A DNA stretch of 64,000 bases, taken from Macrostomum hystrix. Lineage: Eukaryota > Animalia > Platyhelminthes. Both the position numbers and the translations under genes were made by a program. The DNA is taken from NCBI GenBank assembly GCA_950097015.1, contig CATNEN010000001.1, positions 1,798,001-1,862,000 on the forward strand, given 5' to 3'. Under the pieces are notes generated by a model. That model did not search any database. It was not told the origin of the DNA and saw only the letters and a program-made list of their open reading frames with translations. How positions within the stretch are numbered: the first letter of the stretch is position 1; each line of letters starts with the position of its first letter. Below, in pieces: positions 26,101 through 58,503 of this stretch.

Positions 26101-29100
26101 TCCAACTTCTACTTTTGTCTGTCTTCTTTTACTAACTTTCTTTAAAAGGTATAAGAAAAATTATGTATCGTGATCTCCCTCCCTTCATTCCCATAACCTG
26201 CATCTCCCTCCCTTCATTCTCAAAACCTGCATCTCCCTCCCTTCATTCCCATAACCTGCATCTCCCTCCCTTCATTCCCATAACCTGCATCTCCCTCCCT
26301 TCATTCCCATAACCTGCATCTCCCTCCCTTCATTCCCATAACCTGCATCTCCCTCCTTTCACTCTCATAACCTGCATCTCCCTCCCTTCATTCCCATAAC
26401 CTGCATCTCCCTCCTTTCACTCTCATAACCTGCATCTCCCTCCCTTCATTCTCATAACCTGCATCTCCCTCCCTTCATTCCCATAACCTGCATCTCCCTC
26501 CCTTCATTCTCATAACCTGCATCTCCCTCCCTTCATTCCCATAACCTGCATCTCCCTCCCTTCATTCCCATAACCTGCATCTCCCTCCCTTCATTCCCAT
26601 AACCTGCATCTCCCTCCCTTCATTCCCATAACCTGCATCTCCCTCCCTTCATTCCCATAACCTGCATCTCCCTCCCTTCATTCCCATAACCTGCATCTCC
26701 CTCCCTTCATTCCCATAACCTGCATCTCCCTCCCTTCATTCCCATAACCTGCATCTCCCTCCCTTCATTCTCATAACCTGCATCTCCCTCCCTTCATTCT
26801 CATAAACTGTATCTCCCTCCCTTCACTCTCATAATCTGCATCTCCCTCCCTTCACTCTCATAACCTGTATCTCCCTCCCTTCATTCTCATAACCTGCATC
26901 TCCCTCCCTTCACTCTCATAATCTGCATCTCCCTCCCTTCATTATCATAATCTGCATCTCCCTCCCTTCATTATCATAATCTGCATCTCCCTCCCTTCAC
27001 TCTCATAACCTGCTTCTCCCTCCCTTCACTCTCATAACCTGCTTCTCCCTCCCTTCACTCTCATAAACTGTATCTCCCTCCCTTCATTCTCATAACCTAC
27101 ATCTCCCTCCCTTCACTCTCATAACCTGCATCTCCCTCCCTTCATTCTCATAACCTGCATCTCCCTCCCTTCATTATCATAACCTACATCTCCCTCCCTT
27201 CATTCTCATAACCTGCATCTCCCTCCCTTCACTCTCATAATCTGCATCTCCCTCCCTTCATTATCATAACCTACATCTCCCTCCCTTCATTCTCATAACC
27301 TGCATCTCCCTCCCTTCATTCCCATAACCTGCATCTCCATCTCTGTATTCTGATCTCATTTTCTACATTATTTAAAAAATGCATTCACACAAGAGGCACA
27401 CAAACAAACTTGTAGGCAGACGGTAATTGTTATGCAAAAAGGTATGCAACAGGCCCCTTCACAGTTCCTACCCATACTCATACATCTAACTGGTCAAATA
27501 ATGTTTGCCCGCCTTAAAAGCCTAAGTTAGTTAGCGAGCCTTCATTTTCTATCACACTTGCTAGCCAAGCGATGCGGTGGGCAGAATTAGTACGTTTCTC
27601 CATCAGTTTCACAGACTCTCTCTCAAGCTTTCATAAACAGTGCACTAGCAGCTAATGTTATTCTTCAATCATCATTGCACTCATGCGCATAAACCAGTCA
27701 CTTAAAGCCTGCTTACTTTGGTCATTGCTGCTCTGTGTAATGCAAGTGTAAAAACAGTGCAGTGTAGGCACACGAGAAAGATTATTAAAAATATGGATTC
27801 CGGAGTTACTTGGAGGGTAATGACCGATAAGGTAGAGTGTATAGATTAGGGTAATGACCGATAAGGTAGACTGTATAGATAAGAGCAATGACCGATAAGG
27901 TAGACTGTTTAGATAAGAGCAATGACCGATAAGGTAGACTGTATAGATAAGAGCAATGACCGATAAGGTAGACTGTTTAGATAAGAGCAATGACCGATAA
28001 GGTACACTGTATAGATAAGAGCAATGACCGATAAGGTAGACTGTTTAGATAAGAGCAATGACCGATAAGGTAGACTGTATAGATAAGAGCAATGACCGAC
28101 AAGGTAGACTGTTTAGATAAGGGTAATGACCGATAAGGTAGACTGTTTAGATAAGAGCAATGACCGATAAGGTACACTGTATAGATAAGAGTAATGACCG
28201 ATAAGGTACACTGTATAGATAAGAGCAATGACCGATAAGGTAGACTGTTTAGATAAGAGCAATGACCGATAAGGTACACTGTATAGATAAGAGCAATGAC
28301 CGATAAGGTACACTGTATAGATAAGAGCAATGACCGATAAGGTACACTGTATAGATAAGAGCAATGACCGATAAGGTACACTGTTTAGATAAGAGTAATG
28401 ACCGATAAGGTAGACTGTGTAGATAAGAGCAATGACCGATAAGGTAGACTGTTTAGATAAGAGTAATGACCGATAAGGTACACTGTATAGATAAGAGCAA
28501 TGACCGATAAGGTACACTGTATAGATAAGAGCAATGACCGATAAGGTACACTGTATAGATAAGAGCAATGACCGATAAGGTAGACTGTTTAGATAAGAGC
28601 AATGACCGATAAAGTAGACTGTATAGATAAGAGCAATGACCGATAAGGTAGACTGTTTAGATAAGAGTAATGACCGATAAGGTAGACTGTCTAGATAAGA
28701 GCAATGACCGATAAGGTACACTGTATAGATAAGAGCAATGACCGATAAGGTAGACTGTTTAGATAAGAGCAATGACCGATAAGGTACACTGTATAGATAA
28801 GAGCAATGACCGATAAGGTAGACTGTATAGATAAGAGCAATGACTGATAAGGTACACTGTATAGATAAGAGCAATGACCGACAAGGTAGACTGTATAGAT
28901 AAGGGTAATGACCGATAAGGTAGACTGTTTAGATAAGAGCAATGACCGATAAGGTACACTGTATAGATAAGAGTAATGACCGATAAGGTACACTGTATAG
29001 ATAAGAGCAATGACCGATAAGGTAGACTGTTTAGATAAGAGCAATGACCGATAAGGTACACTGTATAGATAAGAGCAATGACCGATAAGGTAGACTGTAT

Positions 29101-32100
29101 AGATAAGAGCAATGACCGACAAGGTAGACTGTTTAGATAAGGGTAATGACCGATAAGGTAGACTGTTTAGATAAGGGTAATGACCGATAAGGTAGACTGT
29201 ATAGATAAGAGCAATGACCGATAAGGTAGACTGTTTAGATAAGGGTAATGGCTGATAAGGTAGACTGTTTAGATAAGAGCAATGACCGATAAGGTAGACT
29301 GTATAGATAAGAGTAATTACCGATAAGGTAGACCGACAACCAGACGAAAAACCGAGGAAATGTCTCAGAATAAAGTGTCTAAGCTGAACAGTTTTCAAAT
29401 GAAAAAAATTAGCGAAATTGACTGCAACAGTAAGTGTAAGTGACAGCGACTTAACTAACTAGCCCAAAAAATGGTCAGAAAGGACATGATTAAGATTTCG
29501 CGGTTGAAGATTGTGTGTCAGGGGTTGAGTTGACTAATGGGTTGGTTGTGAAGTGAAGTGCTGACAATATCCCCTCGAGGTTATTAGGCAGTGGGAGCAG
29601 TGATAGTGAGTGGGTGGAGAGCCTTAATTTCTCATTGCCCGAGAGTCAGATAGCAAAGTTTCTACTGACATTAGAAAGGTAAGTTTCTGATTGGGATTAT
29701 AAACTATTAGCTGCTAATTTTTTATTCCCATGGGAATAGTATGGGCTAGGAATATGGAAGCCTGGATTTAGAGAATACCTTGAGAATAAATGTATGAAAG
29801 CAATCGTATAAGAGATACGCGGTATTTCGCTCTATCTTCGAAGAAGTAAAATGAGGGGTAAGTGAGATTAAGAGAGTTAGAGTGAGAGAGAGGTGGGGTG
29901 AGATAGAGAGTGGTAGAGTGAGATAGAGAGTGGTAGAGTGAGATAGAGAGTGGTAGAGTGAGATAGAGAGTGGTAGAGTGAGATAGATAGAGGTAGGGTG
30001 AGATAGAGAGAGGTAGGGTGAGATAGAGAGAGGTAGGGTGAGATAGAGAGAGGTAGAGTGAGATAGAGAGAGGTAGAGTGAGATAGAGAGAGGTAGAGTG
30101 AGATAGAGAGAGGTAGGGTGAGATAGAGAGAGGTAGGGTGAGATAGAGAGAGGTAGAGTGAGAGAGAGAGGTATGGTGAGAGAGTGAGGTAGAGTGAGAT
30201 AGAGAGAGGTAGAGTGAGATTGAGAGAGGTATGGTGAGAGAGTGAGGTAGAGTGAGATAGAGAGAGGTAGAGTGAGATAGAGAGGGGTAGGGTGCGATAG
30301 AGAGAGGTAGGGTGAGATTGAGAGAGGTAGGGTGAGATTGAGAGAGGTAGGGTGAGAGAGTGAGGTAGAGTGAGATAGAGAGAGGTAGAGTGAGATAGAG
30401 AGAGGTAGGGTGAGATAGAGAGAGGTAGAGTGAGATTGAGAGAGGTAGAGTGAGATAGAGAGAGGTAGGGTGAGATAGAGAGAGGTAGGGTGAGATAGAG
30501 AGAGGTAGGGTGAGATTGAGAGAGGTAGGGTGAGATAGAGAGAGGTAGGGTGAGATTGAGAGAGGTAGGGTGAGATTGAGAGAGGTAGAGTGAGATTGAG
30601 AGAGATAAAGAGAGTTAGAGTTGAAAGTGTCGCTGAGAAGCTAGCACTGAGAAATGAGGCCTACAAAGCCAAATTGATTGACGGAGAGAATATAAAACTC
30701 ATCGATCTACAAATTAGGCAAGAAAATAATCACATTTTGAAGAACAATGGGGGCCTGAACAAACAATACTCTGACCCAAAAAATATTCCCGATGAGCAAA
30801 CACTTATTGGGTTGGGATACTATAAAAGTAAGTTGCCATATTTAGCGGGATATTTTATCAATTAATCAATTCTATTTCATATTCAGACTGACAAGGAACT
30901 TGTGAGTGGGTATTTTATATATCGATCTTAAAATATCACCTGCAAGTTAATTTGACTATATTTTGCTACATTTAAGTTCTTAAAATAAAGTCTTAAAAGC
31001 TTTTATCAATTATCCAACAGTGACACTCACACCTGAATTTTCTAAGGCTTAGGTTTTTTTCTTTCAATTTATTTTTTCTATTCAATGGCTTTTAGGCTAA
31101 TGAATGAAGCGAAGTGGTTGGCGCTGCACAATTCACTTCCTGTTTAATGCGCTCAAGGTGGTTTTGACTTGTTGCCAGGATAATAATTGCCAAGTGGAGA
31201 TAAGAGAAGAGGAGAGGAGAGGAGAGGAGAGGAGAGACATGGAGAGGAGAGGAGAGGAGAGGAGAAGAGGAGAGGAGAAGAGGAGAGGAGAGGAGAGGAG
31301 AGGAGAGGAGAGGAGAGGAGAGGAGAGACATGGAGAGGAGAGGAGAAGAGGAGAGGAGAGACATGGAGAGGAGAGGAGAGACATGGAGAGGAGAGGAGAG
31401 ACATGGAGAGGAGAGGAGAGACATGGAGAGGAGAGGAAAGACATGGAGAGGAGAGGAGAAGAGGAGAGGAGAGGAGAGGAGAGGAGAGGAGAGGAGAGGA
31501 GAGGAGAGACATGGAGAGGAGAGGAGAGGAGAGGAGAAGAGGAGAGGAGAAGAGGAGAGGAGAGGAGAGGAGAGGAGAGGAGAGGAGAGGAGAGGAGAGA
31601 CATGGAGAGGAGAGGAGAGGAGAGGAGAGGAGAAGAGGAGAGGAGAAGAGGAGAGGAGAAGAGGAGAGGAGAGGAGAGGAGAGGAGATGAGAGGAGAGGA
31701 GAGGAGAGGAGAGGAGAGGAGAGGAGAGGAGAGGAGAGGAGAGGAGAGGAGAGGAGAGACATGGAGAGGAGAGGAGAAGAGGAGAGGAGAGACATGGAGA
31801 GGAGAGGAGAGGAGAGGAGAGGAGAGGAGAGGGGAGACGAGGGTTGGCAGAGATATTTGACTATCTTTCGTGAGCTGCTTGGCTGGAAAATTGCTACGAA
31901 AATGTGATTTTCTAAATTCTCTCGTCGACCGGCTGATTTCGTGTTTTATTCTGGCCAATATCCCAAGGAAAGAATGAGGCGAGAGGAATAGTGTATGGCC
32001 CATTTTAGCTCAGTTATTCTTCCATTGCCTTCGAGCAAGTGGGAAATTTATCCCTAGCTGAGGCTCAGTTCTCACGGACCGCAGAGCCGGCCGGCCCCTA

Positions 32101-33715
32101 TAACCCCCGTGGGAGTCAGTGAAGCGAGACACGCATTTAAATGACCTGGCCTTGGCTGGCACAATGCACCCATAAGCCTTCCATCGCCTTCGTTAATCAA
32201 CGCGACTGGTTGCTACTAGAAGCAGAGATTCGCAATGCTCTGTACACCCGCATGGCAGGCACTGTGAAGCTTTGATCTGATTGAGAATTGACAAAGAAAG
32301 GATTGAATGATTGAATGCACTATTCCTGTGAGTAAGTGCTTCTTTTTATCTTGCTTTGCACGATAACTAAAATAAAGGACTAAGATAACAACAGGAGGAT
32401 TTGAGGATCCTGAAGAATAGGAGGATTTGAGGATCCTGAAGAATAGGAGGATTTGAGGATCCTGAAGAATAGGAGGATTTGAGGATCCTGAAGAATAGGA
32501 GGATTTGAGGATCCTGAAGAATCGGATGATTTGAGCGAATCGTCAGCTCTGACATCCTGAAGAATCAGAGGATTATGAGCGAATCGTCAGCTCTGACATC
32601 CTGAAGAATCAGAGGATTTGAGCGAATCGTCAGCTCTGACACTCTGAAGAATCAGAGGATTTGAGCGAATCGTCAGCTCTGACATCCTGAAGAATCAGAG
32701 GATTTGAGCGAATCGTCAGCTCTGACACCCTGAAGAATCAGAGGATTATGAGCGAATCGTCAGCTCTGACATCCTGAAGAATCAGAGGATTTGAGCGAAT
32801 CGTCAGCTCTGACACCCTGAAGAATCAGAGGATTTGAGCGAATCGTCAGCTCTGACACCCTGAAGAATCAGAGGATTTGAGCGAATCGTCAGCTCTGACA
32901 CCCTGAAGAATCAGAGGATTTGAGCGAATCGTCAGCTCTGACACCCTGAAGAATCAGAGGATTTGAGCGAATCGTCAGCTCTGACACCCTGAAGAATCAG
33001 AGGATTTGAGCGAATCATCAGCTCTGACACCCTGAAGAATCAGAGGATTATGAGCGAATCGTCAGCTCTGACACCCTGAAGATTCAGAGGATTATGAGCG
33101 AATCATCAGCTCTGACACCCTGAAGATTCAGAGGATTATGAGCGAATCGTCAGCTCTGACACCCTGAAGAATCAGAGGATTATGAGCGAATCGTCAGCTC
33201 TGACACCCTGAAGAATCAGAGGATTATGAGCGAATCATCAGCTCTGACACCCTGAAGAATCAGTGGATTACGAGCGAATCGTCAGCTCTGACACCCTGAA
33301 GAATCAGAGGATTATGAGCGAATCGTCAGCTCTGACACCCTGAAGAATCAGTGGATTATGAGCGAATCGTCAGCTCTGACACCCTGAAGATTCAGAGGAT
33401 TATGAGCGAATCGTCAGCTCTGACACCCTGAAGATTCAGAGGATTATGAGCGAATCGTCAGCTCTGACACCCTGAAGAATCAGAGGATTTGAGCGAATCA
33501 TCAGCTCTGACACCCTGAAGAATCAGTGGATTACGAGCGAATCGTCAGCTCTGACACCCTGAAGATTCAGAGGATTTGAAGATTAAGTCTTGCTGTGTTG
33601 GCGGAGCAAAACTAAATAAGAAAACAGAAATCTATTAGTTCTCACCTTGAGCAGACATGAGCAGTACTTGACCCAGCAACAGGAGGCAACAGAAGGTGCG
33701 CGAATAAGATTTCAT
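14123..33715 (-). CDS. Two-Ig-domain cell-surface protein, Dpr/ZIG-8-like, probably GPI-anchored, about 305 aa
   Basis: Exons 33715-33646 (signal peptide MKSYSRTFCCLLLLGQVLLMSAQ), 25276-25137, 18238-18022, 15877-15557 (GC donor), 14292-14123; 918 nt, phases consistent. Ig1 reads CVVRNLGRHVVTW..PLTVGKSVFTGDGR..EWNLVIRR..DSGEYLCQV, a Dpr-type signature. Ig2 has LTC..VEWYH..SVLTI..AGEWLC. Ser-rich spacer then hydrophobic C-terminus. Confidence 0.82.
14375..15472. repeat. 16-bp minisatellite (AACCCAATCCCAACTC)n; G-rich on the minus strand
   Basis: Fills the last intron of the Ig gene; source of the 370-aa repeat ORF. Confidence 0.95.
15970..16450. repeat. 21-bp CT-rich minisatellite (CCCTCCTTCTCACCCTCTTTC)n
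   Basis: Visible tandem array just upstream (on the - strand) of the exon 4 acceptor. Confidence 0.9.
17045..18010. repeat. ~22-25-bp minisatellite with core CATTTCACCTGTTCACAC
   Basis: Visible array abutting the exon 3 donor at 18021. Confidence 0.92.
18405..18565. repeat. 20-bp minisatellite (GATCAAATCTCACTTTGATT)n with degenerate flanking copies
   Basis: About 8 near-perfect copies visible. Confidence 0.9.
19250..21070. repeat. CT-rich low-complexity tract containing a tandem duplication (about 722-bp offset)
   Basis: Polypyrimidine repeats; an identical ~100-bp unique insert occurs at 19691 and 20413. Confidence 0.9.
21630..23075. repeat. 37-bp minisatellite (ACTGTGGGACCAATTAGATAATCTCTTTTATCCCCTT)n
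   Basis: Contiguous units with no spacers; internally palindromic (GATAA/TTATC, GGGA/TCCC). Confidence 0.95.
23485..24080. repeat. Degenerate TAACGGAA-motif repeat including a ~163-bp duplication
   Basis: TTAGCGGAAAAGTACCACGTAAGTTTTCATTATGTAACGAA occurs at about 23545 and 23708; many TAACGGAA motifs. Confidence 0.7.
24390..24630. repeat. GA-rich low-complexity tract
   Basis: Directly visible. Confidence 0.85.
25299..25725. repeat. 21-bp minisatellite (GATTTGAAGATGAGAGTGTGA)n
   Basis: Begins about 20 nt from the Ig-gene exon 2 acceptor. Confidence 0.93.
26172..27338. repeat. 29-bp minisatellite (ATCTCCCTCCCTTCATTCCCATAACCTGC)n
   Basis: Directly visible. Confidence 0.95.
27815..29332. repeat. 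34-bp minisatellite (GATAAGAGCAATGACCGATAAGGTAGACTGTATA)n
   Basis: Directly visible; source of several repetitive ORFs. Confidence 0.95.
29870..30620. repeat. 20-bp purine-rich minisatellite (GAGATAGAGAGAGGTAGGGT)n
   Basis: Directly visible. Confidence 0.93.
31205..31835. repeat. (GGAGA)n microsatellite with GACAT interruptions
   Basis: Directly visible. Confidence 0.93.
32393..33580. repeat. Compound minisatellite: 26-bp unit followed by a related 43/44-bp unit
   Basis: AGGAGGATTTGAGGATCCTGAAGAAT about 5 times, then GAGGATTTGAGCGAATCGTCAGCTCTGACACCCTGAAGAATCA; ends about 65 nt from the exon 1 donor. Confidence 0.93.
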
Positions 33716-34356
33716 TACTGCTAATTGTTATTTTTGCCAAGCGAAACAAGCAGAATCTAATTAAAATTTTGACAACAACGCGAAAGAAGTTAAATAATAA
33801 ATGCAATTTTTATAATTGTTTTTTTGCTTCTGATACAGTTGAGCAGTCCGCCCCAGTGTGTCGTTCTATTATTTTCTGTCTGTTATATTTCTAACAGTTG
33901 AGAATAAAATGGCAGTCAAAGCTACAGCGCCTGGCCAATCAGAATGCAGGTCACAATTTGACACTCACTATTAGCCACACACAATGAGACATTGAGAAGG
34001 CAATATAATTCGCAGTAAGCAATTCACTGTATATTTGTTTCAGTTGGAACCGACTGAGCACTCTTGAGTTAATCTCTGCGGCGGAATATGAAGCCTACTC
34101 GAAATAAATTATTTTACCAGTTTCTAGATTAATTAGTTGCCAGGGGTGACGAGTTGATTGGTAGCTAGGGGAGGGCAGTTGCAGATGTATTGAGAGAGAA
34201 GTTTTTTATAACGGTCTCAATGCAGGTAGTTCTACAATAACTTTACATTTGTATACCATAGTGCAACTTCTGACAGAAAATTAAAGACAATATGCTAGCT
34301 TTCCTATTAGCCTGATGTTCATTCAAGTGAAACTAATTGATGGTTTTCGGTTTCCG

Positions 34357-35060
34357 AATGACCCAAGTGAATGACCAGTTTTAGAGTTCTAAATGACCCA
34401 ACCGAATGACAGGATTTTCGTTTCTTAACTACCCATCTGAATGACCGGTATTAGGCATAAAATGACCCAACGAATGACCGGTTTTAGGCTTCCAAATGAC
34501 CCAACCGAATGACCGGTTTTAGGCTTCCAAATGACCCAACCGAATGACCGGTTTTAGGCTTCCAAATGACCCAACTGAATGACCGGTTTTAGGCTTCCAA
34601 ATGACCCAACCGAATGACCGGTTTTAGGCTTCCAAATGACCCAACCGAATGACCGGTTTTAGGCTTCCAAATGACCCAACCGAATGACCGGTTTTAGGCT
34701 TCCAAATGACCCAACCGAATGACCGGTTTTAGGCTTCTAAATGACCCAACCGAATGACCGGTTTTAGGCTTCCAAATGACCCAACCGAATGACCGGTTTT
34801 AGGCTTCCAAATGACCCCCAACTGAATGACCGGTTTTAGGCTTCCAAATGACCCAACCGAATGACCGGTTTTAGGCTTCCAAATGACCCAACCGAATGAC
34901 CGGTTTTAGGCCTCCAAATGATGCATCTGAATAACAGGATTTAGAGTTCCGAATGGCCCAGATAAATGACCAGTTTTAGATTTTTGGATGACCCAAGTGA
35001 ATGACCAGTTTTAGAGTTCTAAAAAGACCCAACTTAATTATCGGTTTTTAGGTTTCCGAA
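34357..35060. repeat. 35-bp minisatellite (AAATGACCCAACCGAATGACCGGTTTTAGGCTTCC)n with degenerate edges
   Basis: Directly visible, between the Ig gene start and the ELAV 3' end. Confidence 0.92.
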
Positions 35061-35964
35061 TGATCAACTAAAAAATCATTTTAACTACGAAACAAAGTAA
35101 AACAAAAGAGAAAACAATATATGATTATTAATCAATTTATTTTTGAGAAGGTGGCAACCGAAGTCTTTATTTACCGAAACCATAGCAGATGAAGTGCAAA
35201 AAAAGAATAATTATAGCGGAAAGGCAAATAATAAAAGCGTGGCGTAACTCAAAACTAAACGAACAACACAAATTTGGTTTTAAAAACATACGCGCGATAT
35301 TAGTTTTTGAAAACGCGCCTAAAATTGACTCCGAACAAACAACACCATACTTTTCAGCACTGAATAACTAAGAGGGACACAGCGGGCTCGCAAAACAAAC
35401 AAAACTAAACTGAAAATTCGCTGCAATCGAAGAGTAGGCTAAAAACTAAAATAGAAACTAAAAAAATGGCAAAACTCGAAACAATATTGAACAAAATAAT
35501 TATTTATTTGCGCATTGCTCTACTTAACTAAGCAGTGATAGTAGCATGCGAAATATTTTAAAATCAAGATTTTTTCATTTAAAGTTGGTTTAAATAAAAC
35601 AAAAATGTCAAATAAGTTAATGAAATGAATGACAAACATTAGTAAAAATGACTGAAAAAGTTATCTTAAGAAATCTTTATTTTCTCCCACAGACAATTTA
35701 TGACATTATATGGTTTCAATAAAACAGTTTATAATCAATTGTGTAAATTAACTTGTGTAAATATGGAAATTGTGATTTTTATAATGAACAATACAATGAA
35801 ACTTAATCAGGTGAGAACAAGGCGAATTTTCACTTTATTTTTTTATGTACGTTGACATGCAATAAAACTGTATAAATGAATTTTCTAAGAATTAATTTAG
35901 GCAAGATTCAAAATTTAGATTTTTAACAAGAGAAGGACTGTAGCATGTGATTCTAAGAAACAGG

Positions 35965-36560
35965 ATGGGATCAGGATGGGATCTCAGTGGTGGGATCTGT
36001 GTGTGAGATTGGGATCTCAGTGGTGGGATCTGTGTGTGAGATTGGGATCTCAGTGGTGGGATCTGTGTGTGAGGTTGGGATCTCAGTGGTGGGATGTGTG
36101 TGTGAGGATGGGATCTCAGTGGTGGGATCTGTGTGTGAGGATGGGATCTCAGTGGTGGGATCTGTGTGTGAGGTTGGGATCTCAGTGGTGGGATCTGTGT
36201 GTGAGGATGGGATCTCAGTGGTGGGATCTGTGTGAGGATGGGATCTCAGTGGTGGGATCTGTGTGTGAGGATGGGATCTCAGTGGTGGGATCTGTGTGTG
36301 AGGATGGGATCTCAGTGGTGGGATCTGTGTGTGAGGATGGGATCTCAGTGGTGGGATCTGTGTGTGAGGATGGGATCTCAGTGGTGGGATCTGTGTGTGA
36401 GGATGGGATCTCAGTGGTGGGATCTGTGTGTGAGTTAGAGACCTCAGTGTTGGGATCTGTGTGTGAGGATGGGATCTCAGTGGTGGGATCTATGTGTGAG
36501 GATGGGATCTCAGTGGTGGGATGTGTGTGTGAGGTTCTGTGTGTGAGGTTGGGATCTGAG
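35965..36560. repeat. 33-bp minisatellite (GATGGGATCTCAGTGGTGGGATCTGTGTGTGAG)n
   Basis: Directly visible; about 200 nt downstream of the ELAV stop. Confidence 0.93.
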
Positions 36561-36765
36561 AAATCATGGGATTAGAGTATAAGACTTTGGATTAAGACTT
36601 TGAGAAAAACGGAAAATCACGGCTACGAAACACTTGGAAAGTAATGAATAGTATTTTAGTAACACGACAATCAGCAGGTTAGAAGTTACAAAAGTACTAA
36701 TTGAGGAGAGGACTTTTGCTGTTAAAATTCAATATGAAACGATTGATTTACGTTTAAAGTAGCTG

Positions 36766-56851
<20,086 letters not shown>

Positions 56852-57075
56852 TTATTGAAAAAAACAAATTGCTAGCATCGCCTATTGTTCATTAAGTACT
56901 TAATTTTCCGTAATTAAATAATTGGATTTAAGGGTTTAAAAGGGTAAACTAGCTCGCATGACGTCACAGAGCCACGCGAGATTTTTCTATGGTCAAAGCC
57001 ACTCAAAGAAGATAATGTGTGTATAAATGAACATTATGGTACAACATTTTGTCTATGGTAGAAAGTGGGGGCTTC

Positions 57076-57257
57076 CAGTGGCGGCGCAGGACCTCCAGCT
57101 GGGGGGGGCGGTGGTTGGGTGGTCACCCCCCCGGCCACCAAAAAAAAGGTCTCAGGTGACCACCCCCATGCCCCATGGGGTGACCACACTTTTGAAAAAA
57201 TATGGTAAAGTACCAATTTTTTTTAAGTGGGTGGTCACCCCCCCTGCGCCGCCACTG
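57076..57257. mobile_element. Non-autonomous hAT-type MITE (182 bp)
   Basis: 15-bp TIRs CAGTGGCGGCGCAGG (57076) and CCTGCGCCGCCACTG (57243-57257); perfect 8-bp TSD GGGGCTTC at 57068-57075 and 57258-57265; internal GGTGGTCACCCC motifs. Confidence 0.85.
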
Positions 57258-58145
57258 GGGGCTTCGCCCCCACACCCGCCCCCTTCTCACTCAGCCCCCT
57301 CGCAGTTAATACCCATAGACTAAAGCACATAGCTATGTTTTTTCCTGCACTATATTTTGTGTTTGTATTTATATCATCGCTGACCCTATCTAATTATTAA
57401 TGCTTGATTTAATTTCAAGTCACATAATTTCTACAGATTTTAAATTGTCCGAGTGAAGATACAGTAGCTAGGTGGGTGAATTTTATGAACCGATTTGAAT
57501 GGAAAGTACTGCATCAAGTATATAGTACTGCCGTAAAATTGATCATGAATTCGCTATAAATTTAGGATTTTATAACGAGTACAATAGGCTAAGCAGAACA
57601 AATTCACTTAAACAATATATCGAATGCCGCCAAATGTTGGGCATTAAGAATCTGTTTTCAAAAGTTCGCTACTAACCATTTTTATACACCTTGGCCCCAA
57701 CTGCTACCGAACTTGCATGGGGATAGGAATCCACCTTCCTGGCCTTCTTGCCCGCAGCTTGTTAATCAGCACCAGCAAGTAACTTTTGCAGTCTTTTAAC
57801 ATCCCAATCCTACCATGCAAACAAAGCGAAAGCAAGTAAAAGCAAGACAGATATGGTATAGAACCCTTAGTCCACATGATACGGCGTGATGGACTGAGGA
57901 ATAGCAAAGCAAGCTTTCGCACATCAGTTTCCTGACCTAATAATACTGACTAGCATGCATGTCCGGGGTACAACTTACCACTTGGCCCTCGTTGGTCCAT
58001 ATTTTATAAGGGTATGAAGATTCAGCAGTGCAATCAAAATTGGTCTTGCCTGCATATTACCCTAGATTTGTAAAAGTTAGTCATCTGATCTATGATTAAC
58101 AAAAAACTATATATAGATTACAAGCTGGGTAGAATGTCTGTGCAG

Positions 58146-58503
58146 ACTGGCAGCTGGAACTGAACTGACTGGAATGAGACTGGCAGCTGGAACTGAACTG
58201 ACTGGAATGAGACTGGCAGCTGGAACTGAACTGACTGGAATGAGACTGGCAGCTGGAACTCAACTGACTGGAATGAGACTGGCAGCTGGAACTGAACTGA
58301 CTGGAATGAGACTGGCAGCTGGAACTGAACTGACTGGAATGAGACTGGCAGCTGGAACTGAACTGACTGGAATGAGACTGGCAGCTGGAACTGAACTGAC
58401 TGGAATGAGACTGGCAGCTGGAACTGAACTGACTGGAATGAGACTGGCAGCTGGAACTGAACTGACTGGAATGAGACTGGCAGCTGGAACTCAACTGACT
58501 GGA
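58146..58503. repeat. 33-bp minisatellite (ACTGGCAGCTGGAACTGAACTGACTGGAATGAG)n
   Basis: About 11 near-perfect copies. Confidence 0.95.
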
